A stretch of 64,000 nt of DNA from Bugula neritina (Eukaryota > Animalia > Bryozoa): positions 3,380,662-3,444,661 of the forward strand of contig OZ037770.1 of NCBI GenBank assembly GCA_964035545.1. Reading direction: 5' to 3'. Position numbers and translations under genes: made by a program. Below are positions 26,807 through 49,265 of the stretch, in pieces. The notes below the pieces were generated by a model. The model was not told the origin of the DNA. It made no database searches and saw nothing but the letters and a program-made list of their open reading frames with translations. Within the stretch, counting starts at the first letter, position 1, and every line of letters begins with the position of its first letter.

Positions 26807-28689
26807 GCGCAGTTAGGTTGCAGTTAAAACCTTTTATACTTATAGATAATATATTCTCTACTATATATAGTCAAGTTATTGCAAGGAGCTTACAGTTGAT
26901 TGGTTAACAGGTTTACCAACATCTGGAGCTAATGATAAACTCTTCTAGTAGTTTACTTCAGCACCTTTATTGAACTGCAGGTGTTACTCAATTTGAGTTT
27001 AACAGAGTACTATATATATAGCTGCAATAACATTGGTTCTACTTCTTTCAAAGTAACATTTTACATTTTATTTGAATTTATAAAAAAATCTGACACAAAG
27101 TTTATGGTCACTTATATTCGTGTAAGAACCATTGATGTAAAAGTGTTTTGAAAGCTGGCCGAAGACTTTCATACGTTGCAAATATAGGAGTAGCTATAAT
27201 GAATAAATGCTCTTCCTCTAATTATATATATAACAGTCTCACATCACCAATTTACTTTACCATGGAATCCAAACCCATCACTTGGCTTTTACTAAGTCAA
27301 CACTCCAACTCCTGTAGATCATGCATGGTTGCTTCCTAACATTTCATTTTTTCTATACATACATGCTAATTGACCAAAAACAGATTGCAATGCAAAAATG
27401 CATTCACTGTTTTTAAACAATAAAATGCATTTAAATTTTAAATGTTACAGAATCATTTTGTTTGATTGATTTGATTTACAGCATGATTTTTAAAAAGGCT
27501 GTTGATGATTACAGGAAAAGTAAATTTTAATAGCTCCATGTATGGCTTAATGACTGCTTATTATAAAATTACCCATTCATCAATTGCTGTGCCGTGTATA
27601 CTGCAGCAAAGAAAGTTTATAGAAACTTATTCCCAATCAAATAACGTTTTCTTTGTAATAGCATATCTATTTTTCAGAAATAAGTTAGCAATAGTAATAG
27701 CTATATGTACAGTATTATGTTTCTCAACCATATAAAAGATGGACAATCAAACATATATCCAGCCTATAATCCAAAGCAATTGGTGTGCAAACAGAGATAT
27801 AATTTTTGGCAATAATTTATTTTGAATAATGTTTCAAAAACCTAGTGTGCTTGGTGTACGTTTTGGTCTCAATTCGCATTTATATAGTATGCTTTAATTC
27901 TCAATGCTTTACATCTTTCTTAACTATATAATATACATAATATAATATTTGATGATTTTTTCTACATTATCTTTTACAAGTGATCATTATACAACTTATC
28001 AATATCATAACTTAAAGCAGATTATACCTGATTTATAAACAACTGTTGCAGGTGTTACTATACAGTAGTAAGTAAATACACATCTTCATTAAAAGCACAG
28101 GAAATAAAGCTTCATATCATCATATAACAATTGAGCCAGATCTCGACTAAGTTTTTAGACAACTGCATGTTCCAGTTGCTGCTACACAGTTGAAATAATG
28201 TGCTCAGTTATCAGAAGCATTGTGAGCCAAGATATATGTATCACTGCTTATTAATTTGACCTATGGTTTACTTTTATGCAGGTGTTATATACTTGACTTA
28301 AACTGTTATTAGACATGCCCTGTGCATTGTGGTAGATTTTGGTTTTCACACAACATAGGATATACTGTATATTCACAAAATAGTTTGGTCAGAGAAATAA
28401 ACGAGTCAACTGTCCTTGAATGCATATTAAAACATTTACACTAATTGATTTCCTATATAATAACTTTCAATGCATGAAAATCAAAATTTGTAATGCGGGT
28501 GCATGTGCTCTATTACATATCACACATTATGCAATAACCACCTACTTGTCTTGCTATATTAACAAATGTATGATATATTTGATTTTCTATTAAATTCTTA
28601 TAAAATTAGATGTAGCCTGAATAAAAACCTTGGAAAACCTTTAATTTGTCTTAGAATTGTAATTACAATGTCATTGTATCAGTTATAAG

Positions 28690-28833
28690 CACACGCACAC
28701 ACGCACACACGCACATGCGCACACACGCACACGCGCACACACACACACACACGCGCATACACACACCTGCATACACACACATGCACGCACACACAAATGC
28801 GCACACACACACACACACACACTTACGCACACA
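28690..28833. repeat. Imperfect (CA)n/(CACG)n microsatellite
   Basis: Directly visible. Confidence 0.9.
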
Positions 28834-29344
28834 CTATAATATTCCAACATTATGCTATATATATGAACGAAGCCGCAGCTATAGGCATTTTAAATTTTAC
28901 TTTAACTACACTATGTAGTATATGCCTCAAAATAGTTGTAAATGTTTCTCTAAAGGCGGATCTTAAACTAATTATTATAGTCTATTGTTTGATGACTTGA
29001 TATGTTTTAATATTTTATATTTATTCTGCAATGAAGGCAATCTCCTGCAAGATATTTGAAAATAATGAATATAAATCCGTGAAGCACAGTAAACCTAATT
29101 TTATATATAGTTGGAAGAGATGAACTGAACAGCTGCTTATATTTGCAGGCTTCAACTATATCAGTTAATCAGACATGCCTTGTGTGCCGTGATGGATTAT
29201 GGCTTTGTTTATTGGAAATATCTACAGGTTATAGCTTTATAAAAACAGCAATAAAACTGCAATTTGGTGATTGAATATCTGCAATAATTAAATTAGATCA
29301 ATACACTTGGATATGACTAGAACTTACAGAAATAGCTCACATTT

Positions 29345-29383
<39 letters not shown>

Positions 29384-32019
29384 GACACATAAGCAATTAC
29401 TTATAGCTATATATAATACTAGACTTTTGGCAATGATAATATTTTTTCATTCTATAATAAGCTAACTATAAATGATTTGGTGTGAATCACTAATACTACT
29501 TAAAATTTTTTTTGTTGGTAATTACCAACAAAAGCACAAACCCTTAGAACATGATCTTTACTCATTGTATCTATAGTAAATTTGATTAGATTATTCTACA
29601 AATTGTATCAAACTTTGTATAACGGTTCAGTTTCATAGGTTAGCTAATTATGCAATTTGACTTGACCTATCAGATGTAAAGTTGTCTGTCCCAAACTGAA
29701 TTTATTAATATAAATTACTTGGCTAGAAGTTATTTTCTCTCATGTCCTCTGTTCAGGGAAGACAACTCTAAAGCTGAAAAGCTGCATTGACCTAGACTGT
29801 TGATGATATGGAAAAGCAAAAGTTAAATGTTTTTTTATATCATAATATCATTACATTGTTATAAGTAATTACTATTTAAAAAATGTTTGAGCCACAAAAA
29901 ACAGGAATTGAAAACAAGCTATACTATAGCTATATAATATTGATATTGTCTATAAGGCACGCAGATCTTTGTAGTCGTATAACTATACAAATAAAATAAG
30001 TCATTTGTGCGTGTTTAACAAATGTAACTTGACTTTGCCAAAAATTGGTTTAATCTTTAAATGGTGTTCTATTAAAGATTAAATTATGTAATTTAGAAAT
30101 ATTTATAAATGAACAAGCAGTTACTCGAAGTGTATATAAAATAGCTGACATTACTTGGGATAACTTTTACCACAGAGTATATTCTGTCATGCATATGATT
30201 GTCATTTAGGTGACCAATTAAAGCACTACCTTATTAGCTATTGAGTATATGAATAGCGATTGTTATCTTCAATGCACCTATTATAGGTCTATAACATAAT
30301 TTGAACAACAAAACTTATAATTGGTCTTATTGTTTCATCATCCCATGCTAATGCTTGATAAAAAACAATTTACAATGAAGTTTTGAAATTTTTATTTGTC
30401 CGAATTAAATGCTCGAAAATTTCATCTTTACATCACGTGTTGTTGGTTAAGCAGCTTGCTTTAAAAAGGAAGTATTTTACAAAACATATTTACAAACATA
30501 CTGCAGCATATTTCGTCCTGTGACCTGGTTCAAAGAGTAAATAGAAATGTTTTGAGTACACTATAATTATGATATCATGTGTTTTTAACCAATTCCTATA
30601 AACATGATTGGCCGCTGGAAGCCTCCCATCAATAATAAACAATTCAAAGCAATTATGTGTTATTATTTATCGGGTAAACAAAATAAATTACTAAATATAA
30701 ATGGGAGGTCATTGGACAAACATAATACTTAATTTGAACAAAACTTGCTTTAGTAACTTCTTACACTTTCAAAGTTATAACTGTGCCATGTGATGTTTTG
30801 ATATGGAATGTTCAAAGTGTCTTGTATAGCGAGACTTTTCAATTCTATATAGGAATATTGAATTAGATTATGAATATTATAAAATAACATCTACTCCACA
30901 GCCTATCCTTTTAGTTTTTACAATACAAATATGATAAAGAGATGAGTATAATGTGTAATAGACTATTTATAACTCCTGCATAAATTATTTTTGTTTAACA
31001 AGCTGCTTTATACATATAGTGAACAAATATGTAGAACTGCCCTTGGTGCCTTCAAATACTAAACACACTTATTATTATAAAAACATGTTTACACTAAAAA
31101 AATGGTTACCCGGCATGTGTGCTTTGAAATGTTAATAAGTACACAACATTCTCAATTCATAATGATAAATTTGGGTCAAGTTTTCTCACAATGTTATCAT
31201 AGCAACATGCATAATGTTAGTTTTTACCATCTCCGTAATATTTGTTTTTGTATATAATATACAGGTTTTGGACTGTCCTAGCTGCTGTAATCAATAGCCT
31301 AGCTATATATTATACTAGTCAATTTTATATTGAGGAGTTTCTACAGTTTGAGTAGTGGAGTACGCAGATATTGTACTTGAATTGTGCCTGAAGAGATTAC
31401 CATGAGTTTATACTAGATTTTGCAGTTTTATAGAACACTGACTATATTATTGTGTTCCCACTGCTTTCGTTCTGACTTGGAATTAGGCTAATGGATGCTT
31501 ATGGATGGATGAGTTTGTGGTTGTGCATGGATTACAATAACTTGTGCAACCATGCATGGTTGGGTTTTTATTTGATGGTAATTTCCATGCATATCAAATG
31601 ATAAATACACTCAATTCAAAAGCTTCGAAATGTATAGATATTTTTTTATTGTTTGTTGTTTACAACACGACTATGGAATTAGCTGAAATTAGTAGATTAT
31701 AAGAAAGGGTGATATAGTGTACGTATAAATCTTTTATCTTTTGTAGTAATACAATATAATATGGTAGGGATCTTAGCACATCAATATCTTTTTGAATTGT
31801 TTTATATTTATATTTCTACTATATAATAATGTATATGAAACAGTTGGAATTATTCAAAGTACCCACACCAGGTTTGAATGGTATAAGATATATTAAACCA
31901 ATATTATTGTAAATCTATATTATGTAATAGTAAATATTCACAAATTTCATTCCTATATATGGATTATCTGTTTTTAGTATAATATACTGACAGTATACAC
32001 AATACAATATAATATTATC

Positions 32020-32784
32020 TTAAGGATATCTTCTGCCATTTCTACCCAGCCAGATATCTCCATATTTGCTATCAATAAGCTGAGCCTCTGGAGTTATTAT
32101 CACACTAAGGTCTTTGGTCCTTGGTAGAGCATCAGCCACTATAGTTCCATCAGCAGTCACAACAGATATATAGGCAAGCCTCTTGGAAGGAGTTGATTCT
32201 GTGTCAAATCTCACAAAGCCACGAGATCTTATTTTTGTGAATCCAGTTTTTATTTTATGCCAGTCCAACTCCATTTCAACACTGCCTCCGCCTCCTGAAT
32301 TATTGTATTTCCATATTTTATACTATATAGACAGCAGTAAAAGTGCACTAAGAATAATTTACTTTTGAGTTTTACACATGTTAAAACAATATTTACAACA
32401 GCCAACAAAGAATTAGTACCTATAGCAGTATAACTATATTATAACCATGCAATAGCAAACAAATCAGCTATAAAGAAATGACTCGAAACGGATGTCTTGG
32501 CAACTGAAACCATTATTACTTATCATTCATGATAAATAAAAATTTCACTTCTGTGCTTTATACAAATTTGATCTTTAACAGCCTATTTTTATTGATATAA
32601 TACTCTGTACAATTTAGAAAAAATGAAATAAAATGTATTTTCAAGTATATTTTGATGGATACGAACCATTAGAAACTGTAGTAGAACTTTTTATTTTTGT
32701 TACATAGCATCTCTCTGTATCAACCTTTGCGTAAATATCACCGTGATAAGCGTTAGCTACGTGGGTAGACTGACCAGACCCCAT
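32020..32784 (-). CDS. Uncharacterised 130-aa protein, paralogue C (exons 32784-32667, 32294-32020); predicted N-myristoylated
   Basis: MGSGQSTHVANAYHGDIYAKVDTERCYVTKIKSSTTVSNGGGGSVEMELDWHKIKTGFTKI...SKYGDIWLGRNGRRYP*; same phase-1 intron as A and B. Confidence 0.9.
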
Positions 32785-32892
32785 TTGTAATTCCGTCTGA
32801 GATTTTGCAGTCTTAGTAGTAAAAGCTGACAAATTATCTTTTTGAAAAGTAGAATTAGCAGTGTTGTTTTCGGTTAAGCTGACTTCACATCT

Positions 32893-32929
32893 AACTGACC
32901 AGCATATGTACTGATTATACTCTTATATA
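32893..32929 (-). promoter_or_regulatory. TATA box plus initiator of paralogue C
   Basis: Minus strand TATATAAGA followed ~31 nt later by TCAGTT (metazoan Inr consensus). Confidence 0.55.
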
Positions 32930-33604
32930 TCCCAATTGTTTATCTGTTTTACAAAAAATACTTCCTTGAAAAATAATCTATTGTATAGTCACTCTCACAA
33001 TATAGCCATGTGAGTAATATTATATAGAGAAGATAACTCTAAGCTAATTTGTTGACCTATATAAATTTGTGAGACACCAAAGTTATGCAGTATTAAAATA
33101 TTCACATGTATTTTAGCTATCATCTACAGACTGCAGTTTGAAAGTGGTATGAGCTTGAACAATGTTTTATTTTATAAAATTGTGTACTGCTACAACATAC
33201 ATACAGCTGCACTAAGTTGGCTTAGCGTAGGCTGTAAGCTAAATTTGCATCTAAACTGTGTTGCAAATAATGTAAAAGAATGCATCCGCTACACACCCTG
33301 GCTGGAGTTGTATTTGGCTGATAGCCAATATACGAATATGTGAATAACATCTCCTAATATCTTTTCTACAAGATGCATAATGTTGAACCTCCCAGTTAGT
33401 TTGTATCCTTTTATGATCAACTTATCTCTATTAAAACAAGTTTTTCTGATGCTTCAATCCTTATATCAATTAATCATTTGAGTCAGATACTGCCAATCAA
33501 ACTCTGAATACCTTGCTTAGCACAGTTCAACATGTTATAACACATACATATATGCTTTATACTTGCCAATAATAAATAGTAGTTTAATTGTTTTCATATA
33601 TTCA

Positions 33605-33803
33605 AATATTCATCAGTTTATTCGCTGTAACTGCCACCTTAAATATAGTTATAACACGTCGCACATTAGATAGAGTGAGTTGCAAGCTATATAGAGAGAA
33701 ATATTACTAGTTCAAATAACAGCAAGATATGACCAACAAGATTCCAGATCTCTATTGAAGGATCACTCAAAGGGAAGCATCAACAAGTCAAATGAATATT
33801 TAT
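33605..33803 (+). pseudogene. Decayed duplicate of the promoter and first codons of MFS transporter exon 1
   Basis: AGTTCAAATAACAGCAAGATA...CAAGATTCCAG...CTCAAAGGGAAGCATCAACAAGTCAAATGAATATTT matches the exon 1 start with ATG changed to ATA and indels. Confidence 0.75.
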
Positions 33804-34162
33804 ATAAGTTATAGTGGTGAGTATTCTAGAATTAGTACAAGGTACTAAATGTACCATGCTTACATGGTCTATTAGTTTTATTCCCGGTAAACATATTCTT
33901 AATCATCTTATTCATATATAGCCATCATTTCTGATGCTTTAACTGCTAAAGCAGTTAATAACGCTAGTAAGGTACTTAATGCCCAATCAGTTTAAAATGT
34001 TAGTCGCTTCACTGCCCAATAAACAAGAGCACCTTGCTTAATATCTTTAAATGTCCATCAATTCATTTGCTGTAACTGCCAACTTAAGTATAGTATAGAA
34101 TATAATATAGCGACTTTCAAGAAAGAAAATAACTTCGTGAACAGAACTGTGGGTCAGTTCAA

Positions 34163-43167
<9,005 letters not shown>

Positions 43168-43241
43168 AAACATCTGCGGTGATGGATCGTTGGAGCAAAT
43201 TTATTGCAGATGCTTGTCGGCTTGTCAAATGAACCTGACCA

Positions 43242-43617
<376 letters not shown>

Positions 43618-45039
43618 TGTAGAGTTTTCAGTGCAATCAAGCAATTTGGTTATGATAGTTTCAAGCAGCTCTTCACAGAAATGAAATATAAATTGAAATC
43701 GATTTTAATAAACACTTGAGAACTGCAAACATAACTCAAGTATCAAGCCATTGATTGTGTAATGATATATTTATGTAATACAGCTAAAATAAGTTTTAAT
43801 AGCTAATTTTGATATTGCAAGCCCATAAAAAAATTAATTTGAAATCTGGTTTCATGTAAGAAAATGGTTGTATAATAGTTAATATAGTCTGGTCTCTTTA
43901 GTCAGTCATTCAACTCTCCCTCTAAAGTAATCTTCGAAATTGTAATATGAGCAGGTTGATTAAAAAGAAGCAGTCTTTCTTATAGCTCTAAACTTCTGAG
44001 CATTTCTTCTTTCAAACAGCACACTCTATAGATGGTTAAACAAAAAATCTCTTTAAGAAACAACGCAAATATACATTTATTTCTTGCTTCAACATGGTCT
44101 ACAAAAGTTTCTTGCATTGATTCTAACAAACATTAGAAATACCTTTAATCATTTTAATACACAGTCCACTCTAATGCTTTATGCTCATACATGTTACAGA
44201 CCATTCTACATAAAGCAAGTATTAACAGCTCTTTCTAAGTCGCAGTTTTAAAACAATTATGCTATATTGGCTGAAAGTACGAGTATGGAGACATAATCTT
44301 CATTTATTTCAACTCTAATCCCTCAACTTTAACTGCTGCACAAAGTCAAATCTCTAAAGTATCATGAACAAACCATTTACCCAAATAAATTTGTTACCAT
44401 TAAATGTAGCAAATTTTGCCGGACTATTTGACAGAACAAAGTATATTAACATTTTAGGTCATTGCAATTATTATTGGTGTCTAGCGAAATTGGAAAATAT
44501 TATATAACTGGTTTTTGCTGTTATATATTTATTTATAGAAACTTGAGTGCTTTTTAGAATAGGCACATATTATAATCTATAGCGTGACTTTATATGCGGG
44601 TAAAATCAGCAGACATTGTTTAATTAGTAAAAGAACAATAAAACTTTGTGCAAGATCTAGCAAACTGTAGATGTGAAAATATGCATACAACTTTTTAATA
44701 ATTTGTATGTTATATTTTTTTGAATGAATAATTTTATATAGCATGATAAGTTGTGTTTTTGTCATCTGCATGGGTGTACATTGCATTCGTAATTCATATT
44801 TTTTATACTGTGTAGCACAGGTTGTAGTTTATTATATCAAAAGTTTTGAATTAACATTGTTCGTAGATATTAGAGTGGTATACCATGTAGAGAAAGATGT
44901 AAAAGTTTTAATAAGGTATTTATTAACCACCACAGCAAATGTCTATATATATTAATTCCAAAAAAATTTTAAATAGAGTAAATTTATTGCATTTAAATGA
45001 TAGAGAATATAATTATGCTCTGGTTACTGAAAAATAATT

Positions 45040-45115
45040 GCCCCCATCGGGACTTGAACCACACTGACATCCAGCTTGCAAGCAGGCGCACTAACCAATT
45101 ACACCACAGTTACCT
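45040..45115 (-). pseudogene. tRNA-like sequence (tRNA pseudogene or SINE head, possible TGC anticodon)
   Basis: Minus strand TGGTGTAATTGG (A box) and GGTTCAAGTCC (B box); acceptor stem does not pair. Confidence 0.55.
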
Positions 45116-45635
45116 CCGGCAATGGCAACCACTAGTCATAGCATATAACTTGTTAAGCCTTTCTGTTAACAAGAAGAATTAAAGCTGCAAAACTTCTGGT
45201 AAAAATTTTATTCACATAATGTATATAAGCACTGATATGCACTGCATACAACTTTAACTGCTTAGACACTAGAAATGAGTTGTTATAGGCAATACAATAC
45301 AATAATTAAATATATACTACAATTTTTGCTGTCTGTTAAAACCTTCAATTACAACATAGTATTCTATTAGTTAATGGACAATGTTAGAATTTTTGTAAAC
45401 CATTGGTTTTAAAGCATATTCATAATTTAGTAGCATTATATGAAGCATTACAGAGCAAAAATACAGACTATAAGAAAATTCTATGTATTGTGAGCTTACC
45501 AAGGGTACTATTCGTTTTATGACAAAAGGTTTTTTACAGTAGATCATTATACAATGTGTTTCTGCTTTAAAAAAGTGTCAGCAATAACAATATTACAATG
45601 CGTTATATATTTTGTAGTACCAACAGCTAGAAATC

Positions 45636-46568
45636 TCAATTAACTGGCCCTACCATTGGCTGTTTTCTCTTGAGAAGATTCATTACATGACTGCGGTAGC
45701 CTGGAGTCATGCAAAAATAGACCACAGCATTAAAAATACTGTACAATGTTATATAAAAATATGACATCCATCTGACTGGCTTTCCCGCAATTTCGGCAAT
45801 ATCATCAAAACTGTTGAAAACCACTGTCATGGCTGCTAGAATGTAGGACAAGTAGAGAGATATAGAAATTATTAAAATATATTGAGCGGACCTCTTTACT
45901 ACCAAATCATCTTGTACTGGAACTGTACTTCTGAACTGCATTTTCTTCAACTCTTTCCAAACCTTTGATAAGCAGATGACAGAAGTAATGGAAGTTGTTG
46001 TGATGGACCCACCAAATGCAAGTTTTGTTTGAATGTTAGTCTCATTTATTAAAGCGCCAAACTCACTGAAGCAATACTCAGTAGAACCTGGGGCAATAGT
46101 GATTGTCATGAGAATAAAGCTGAAGATCCAAACTATGCCCAAGCAGAGTTTGATGTTGTTCACTATTTTGTTAGTGTTTACCTGATAAGGATGACATATG
46201 GAGACGTATCGCTCATAGCTGCCGATAGCCAACACAACATTTCTAGCCACAAACGGGACAAATGAAAGGATTGTAACGATAACTTGAAAAGTCTGGGAAC
46301 TAATGACTGGTAAAGTTACAATCAGTCTGTTCAACTTACAGTTGACTGCCAGAAAGAAAACAAAGCAGTTCAAAACATTACATATGCCAATGTTCACTAC
46401 TGTCCAGAAATAAGCCGTTCTTTTTGACTTATCCAACTTCTTTAAAACAATCAGGTTGAGAGTGTTAAATATAACACTAAACAGGTTAAGATACGACAAC
46501 ACAGCGGATTCAGTAGAATGTACACACAAGTCCATGATGTCATCACACAGGACACTTTTATTTCCCAT
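45636..46568 (-). CDS. Intronless class A (rhodopsin-like) orphan GPCR, 310 aa
   Basis: Seven hydrophobic segments; TM1 N..N, SYERYVSICHPY after TM3, TM4 Trp, ECL2 Cys, TM7 NAVVY (NPxxY variant) followed by a helix-8-like YR segment. Confidence 0.88.
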   Translation of the reverse strand: MGNKSVLCDDIMDLCVHSTESAVLSYLNLFSVIFNTLNLIVLKKLDKSKRTAYFWTVVNIGICNVLNCFVFFLAVNCKLNRLIVTLPVISSQTFQVIVTILSFVPFVARNVVLAIGSYERYVSICHPYQVNTNKIVNNIKLCLGIVWIFSFILMTITIAPGSTEYCFSEFGALINETNIQTKLAFGGSITTTSITSVICLSKVWKELKKMQFRSTVPVQDDLVVKRSAQYILIISISLYLSYILAAMTVVFNSFDDIAEIAGKPVRWMSYFYITLYSIFNAVVYFCMTPGYRSHVMNLLKRKQPMVGPVN

Positions 46569-47137
46569 GACAAAACTTTTTTAAGATACTTTGACTTCAG
46601 AAAGCAACTAGCTTTAGCGGTTTCATAAGCGAAAGTGATATTATTATGTATCAAGTTTATTAATTTTCCACATAGAGATGAGAATATTGATTGTGTGATA
46701 AGATATCTTTGTAATACAAGTAAAATCACCTGAATAATTTAAAATCTTATAGTAGAACCAGCAGCTCAACTCGTCGTTACAAAAATCTATTATTATCGCA
46801 AAGTTCTTATATGAAAATTAATATGAAGGCATGCAATTTTAGGCAATAGACATAATAACTATAGTAATATTATTATACATTCCATCAGGCTGCATAATTA
46901 TTTTAAAATGCTTGCAAATATGATGAAGTGGCGATTTACTACAGAACAAATATTCCTGACCATACATGCAGTTACAGGCAATAAGTATTTAGTGACTAGA
47001 TATAATAATGCACCAAAAGTAATTAATAAATAAGTAAACCATATGGTGAATCTATTTTGAGGTCTTTATGTATAAGGTTGTGTGCTATCATATGCAAACT
47101 TTGACAATTTGTTTTAATGATCTGCAAGTGTAATACT

Positions 47138-47342
47138 CACGCAAGTTTATAGTCACTATCTCTGTGAGAAACACCTGATAGAAAGGGTTTTTGTTAAAGC
47201 GGGCTAAAGACTTATTCAGAAGTGACACGTGGGAGCAATTATGACTGGATGCTCTTCCTAACATCACCAATGGCCTTTGTCAGGGCTCGAACCCATGACC
47301 TTCGTGTTTACTAGGCAAACGCTCTAGCCCCTAGACCACGGC
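47138..47342 (-). mobile_element. tRNA-derived SINE, full length, with perfect 19-bp TSD
   Basis: GATCTGCAAGTGTAATACT at 47119-47137 and 47343-47361; A and B boxes at the minus-strand 5' end. Confidence 0.92.
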
Positions 47343-48001
47343 GATCTGCAAGTGTAATACTATAATATATTTTGCTGAATTTTGCTTTCACTAAATCTCT
47401 GACTAATTTTAAATTCATGTTTAAATTTTTAAATAATGATAAAAAAATTAAATGATCAGATATAAGTAGCAAAGGTCAAAGGTTATAGTGAAACGACAAA
47501 GTTTATTGGACCTACACTCTTTTACCAACTATAGTGACTTAATATAACACAGTGTAATATAGTTATGTTATGTTCATGTTATAGAGCAGACAATTTCATA
47601 TATAAAAATATAAATAATATATTTTCAATGTGTCAAAAAATTATACAGTAGAATTATAGTTTGATATTAATTCAAAACAATCTTTTAATTCTATTGAGGA
47701 CACCATTGTGATAATTACTTCCTTTGTATCTTTATTAATGATCAGCTACAATATACTTACTTATTATGCATGTACTTGTAACAAGTAATCTTTGAAAACG
47801 TAGCATGCGATAAAACACTTGCTTTTGTTGAATATTTTTTTTTTTTACTAAATAAATTTAAAATCAAAATAAAGGTTGAACTTAACCTACTGACAATATG
47901 CATTTTTTTGTAGGCAATGAAAATAACTGACTCATATACCATTAAGTTATCTATGCATCAAATCAATTATTATAACAATATCAAATTATTGCCCTGGAGT
48001 T

Positions 48002-48130
48002 TTACAGTTGGTATATCCTCATTTTGTATACTCTCCTGAAATACTTTTCTCTAACACATTGAAAAGCATGGTCATACCATTTCAGCCTTCTTTCCTCAAA
48101 ACATGCAGTTCTGATTGGGAAATGGCTTAA
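48002..48130 (-). mobile_element. Possible decayed 3' fragment of an RTE-type LINE
   Basis: EERRLKWYDHA...YFRRVYKMRI resembles the RRLRWFGHV motif at the RTE ORF2 C-terminus. Confidence 0.45.
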
Positions 48131-49265
48131 GAAAAGAGAATCTAGAATGGCATCACTATGTTTGTCGATGAGGATATCAGGAGAGTATAATATGAAATGA
48201 GGGTAGAGGGAAGCAGAAGGCGTGTTTATAGCCAAAACAAAAGTAGAGCGGCACAATCAAAGCTGCAAAAAATTTGAAAAAATGTCAAAGACCTATATAG
48301 CATACACTTTGACTTTTAATTATATTCTTTTCCACTTAATAAATTTATTGTTGCGGCTTAAAAAGCAATTACGACTGAAAACCCTCCTTAACATCATAGG
48401 ATCCACTGCTGTTGTGTTTACAAAGCCATTAAAAGTCTAATCACCAGACCACACTGTTCCAACCCATCATTTCACACAAAGACAATTCAGTATCACTAAC
48501 ATATGATTCCCCATTCAAACTCTTTAGGATCTTTAGTAAATTGTTGGTATCTATATATATAACTGACTCATGTCTATATATTAGTTTTCTTCTTATGTAA
48601 TAATCACACTGAAATATAGTATTATTCCTATACTTTATTAATTTAATGAAAATATTGTTTGGACAGCCTTATATTATCTACTAAGTCAACTGTACAATTC
48701 TGCACAAGTTATTTTATATTCCACAATTAGTATAATACAGTTTTTAATCTCTAAAAATTATACAAAAACGTATACCAATTTTTTATCTATAGTTGCCAAA
48801 AGTTAAGCAAAACATCTTTCTGTTTTTCATTGACCGAGAAGGTTTTTTGTAGCCTGCCTGAATAGGCTTTCTAAAAAACAGTATTAACCAATCCATCTTC
48901 TTTTCGAATACAATTAGAAGCTTTCTTAGAGCCTATACTTACGATATCAACCACAAAACAATTAATCATTGCAATAAGATTTTACTAATATAGCCATACC
49001 CAAAAACTTCCTATATATATAATAGCTCGCTTATTGCAGCTTAATCCACGTTTTTGACTTGCCACACATATGATTTGCTCCACTGCCTAGCAATTAATAA
49101 TATAGGCTTGCCAGATACCTCTAATTGTCTATATATATCAGTCCATTTGCTGTACAAATCTGTCACCTTATAGATATAGCACATTTAAGCTGTAACACTG
49201 TTCACCTTGAATAGGGTAAATTTTCAGTTATAGAAAGAGACTGTGTTAACAGATGTACAGTTCAA

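Larger units (their letters stand above)
29535..33080 (-). repeat. Right arm of the large inverted duplication (partner 18190-24772)
   Basis: See left arm; lacks four insertions present in the left arm. Confidence 0.9.

Noticed and set aside
45040-45115. Functional tRNA-Ala gene
   Set aside because: A and B boxes are present, but the acceptor stem does not pair and the anticodon stem is imperfect.
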